From: Vibrio alginolyticus NBRC 15630 = ATCC 17749
GTDB lineage: Bacteria; Pseudomonadota; Gammaproteobacteria; Enterobacterales; Vibrionaceae
Direction of reading: 5' to 3'
NCBI RefSeq assembly: GCF_000354175.2
Contig: NC_022349.1
Span: 2,820,001-2,852,000 of the forward strand
DNA: 32,000 nucleotides
Shown here: piece by piece, positions 30,755 through 32,000 of the stretch
Numbering within the stretch: position 1 is the first letter of the stretch
Layout of the letters: every line of letters starts with the position of its first letter
The notes under the pieces: generated by a model
The model's database searches: none
Told to the model about the DNA's origin: nothing
The model's input: the letters and a program-made list of their open reading frames with translations, nothing else
Translations under genes and position numbers: made by a program

Positions 30755-30880
30755 CCTTTATATTTATTATCGCCACCGATCTAGGTTGACCGGTCTTGAT
30801 TCCTTTCCGTATCTCGCAGGAAAAGTTTTGCGAGAAAAACAATCCTTGGTGGTATCCCTTTATTTATTATCACTATCTAG
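30755..30880. repeat. Pair of related direct repeats about 100 bp apart in the gltB-2 upstream region
   Basis: cctttatatttattatcgccaccgatctag (30755-30784) versus cctttatttattatcactatctag (30857-30880). The core tatttattat is at 30761-30770 and 30861-30870, exactly 100 bp apart. A 7-bp inverted repeat TCTCGCA/TGCGAGA (30812-30818 / 30829-30835) lies between them. Confidence 0.6.
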
Positions 30881-31033
30881 TGATTTATATAGGTAGGAGT
30901 GGGATAACACCGACAAATCCCGCAGTGTGCTTTGTAATAAAAGTCACAAAAATAACGGGGTTGTGTAAGTATCCTACAATTTTGTCACTTCAGAATGCAA
31001 TGAAAAACTCGGCGTTGTGACCCAATTTTTTCG

Positions 31034-31097
31034 TTTAATTATGCATTTTTAGTTTAACATTTACGCAACATGAACGATTTTTGTCTTTAATTATGCA
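31034..31097. repeat. Perfect 12-nt direct repeat TTTAATTATGCA x2 in the yhcC / gltB-2 divergent region
   Basis: tttaattatgca occurs at 31034-31045 and 31086-31097, spaced 52 bp apart (about 5 helical turns). Confidence 0.6.
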
Positions 31098-31227
31098 AGT
31101 TTATTGATTTTGACCCGCATGATGGGTGTTTGAATTGATTAATATTGTGTGTTTTTTCTTGCAGGGATGTAATTTATTTACACAGATCGTAGTGAGATTG
31201 ATTACGATTTATTGTTGGTGAGAATTT

Positions 31228-32000
31228 ATGCAGTTACATGAGTTGGTCAATACAATCGGCCAAGATCTTCAGCGTCGATACGGTGAAAAGGTTCATAAGT
31301 TAACATTGCACGGTGGATTTAGTTGCCCTAACCGCGATGGCACGATTGGGCGGGGAGGATGTACATTTTGCAATGTGGCTTCGTTTGCAGATGAAGAAGT
31401 CCAGATAAAAAGCATTCACGAACAGTTAAAAGATCGCGCAGGTGAAATTCACAGAGCGAAGAAGTATCTCGCTTATTTTCAGGCCTACACCAGTACCTAT
31501 GCAGAAGTACAAGTTCTCAAAAACATGTATGAGGAAGCACTAAAGGCTGCAGACATGGTTGGTCTTTGTGTGGGGACGCGTCCTGATTGCGTCCCTGATG
31601 CGGTATTGGATTTACTGTCGGGCTATGTACAGCAAGGTTATGAAATTTGGCTAGAACTAGGTCTTCAAACCGCAAACAATGACACCCTCAAACGTATCAA
31701 TCGTGGTCATGACTTTGAGTGTTATGCCGAAATCACTAAGCGTGCTCGAACACTCGGAATCAAGGTTTGTACTCACTTAATTGTGGGTTTACCCAAAGAA
31801 ACCCGCGCCGAAAATATTGAAACGCTGCAAAAAGTGTTGACCGTGGGAACGGATGGCATCAAGTTACATGGCTTGCATATTGTCGAAGGTAGCACCATGG
31901 CGAAAGCTTGGCGTGCTGGAAAGCTAGAAGCCCCTGAATTAGAAGAATATGTTGCGATCGCCAGTGAAATGATTCGTATGACACCACCAGATGTGATTTA
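31228..32000 (+). CDS. yhcC: YhcC-family radical SAM protein (TIGR01212-like), 3' end outside window
   Basis: Open frame from ATG 31228 to the window end; it is absent from the track because it has no stop. MQLHELVNTIGQDLQRRYGEKVHKLTLHGGFSCPNRDGTIGRGGCTFCNVASFADE... is almost collinear with E. coli YhcC (MQLQKLVNMFGGDLTRRYGQKVHKLTLHGGFSCPNRDGTIGRGGCTFCNVASF). It is divergent from a gltB gene, as in E. coli. Confidence 0.9.
   Translation, partial: MQLHELVNTIGQDLQRRYGEKVHKLTLHGGFSCPNRDGTIGRGGCTFCNVASFADEEVQIKSIHEQLKDRAGEIHRAKKYLAYFQAYTSTYAEVQVLKNMYEEALKAADMVGLCVGTRPDCVPDAVLDLLSGYVQQGYEIWLELGLQTANNDTLKRINRGHDFECYAEITKRARTLGIKVCTHLIVGLPKETRAENIETLQKVLTVGTDGIKLHGLHIVEGSTMAKAWRAGKLEAPELEEYVAIASEMIRMTPPDVI

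Noticed and set aside
30796-31020. 74-aa plus-strand ORF in the gltB-2 / yhcC intergenic region
   Set aside because: It has a non-ATG start, no SD and odd aromatic-rich composition (PWWYPFIYYHYLVIYIG). It spans the AT-rich regulatory repeats. It is more likely non-coding control DNA.

Overview
By gene content and synteny this looks like a Vibrionaceae core-chromosome segment (Vibrio chromosome-1-like); no search was run. Plus strand: the 3' end of ftsZ, then lpxC, secA, mutT, dapB, carA and carB. A minus-strand dciA (DUF721) gene lies between lpxC and secA. The carB 3'UTR looks like the CarZ autoregulatory sRNA: a 9-nt stretch is perfectly complementary to the carA Shine-Dalgarno and sits directly before a TTG start. 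Directly after the carAB terminator comes a ~1.6 kb low-GC insertion (11283-12853). It carries two overlapping minus-strand genes I cannot assign to any family: a 304-aa protein with a Gly/Ala-rich membrane hairpin, then a 139-aa four-TM protein. This is my best candidate for an undescribed system (membrane-acting toxin/immunity pair or abortive-infection module). Its function is inferred from architecture only. Downstream are yfcA (TauE/SafE), a LysR regulator, the mtnN / cobD-cbiB-like / btuF / yadS cluster and a DUF1499 lipoprotein. Two non-identical glutamate synthase operons follow in tandem (an E. coli-type gltBD and a divergent second pair), then a divergent yhcC radical-SAM gene cut by the window end. 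By eye I found no rRNA, tRNA, CRISPR array, IS element or integrase. Most other ORFs in the six-frame track are antisense shadows of long genes.
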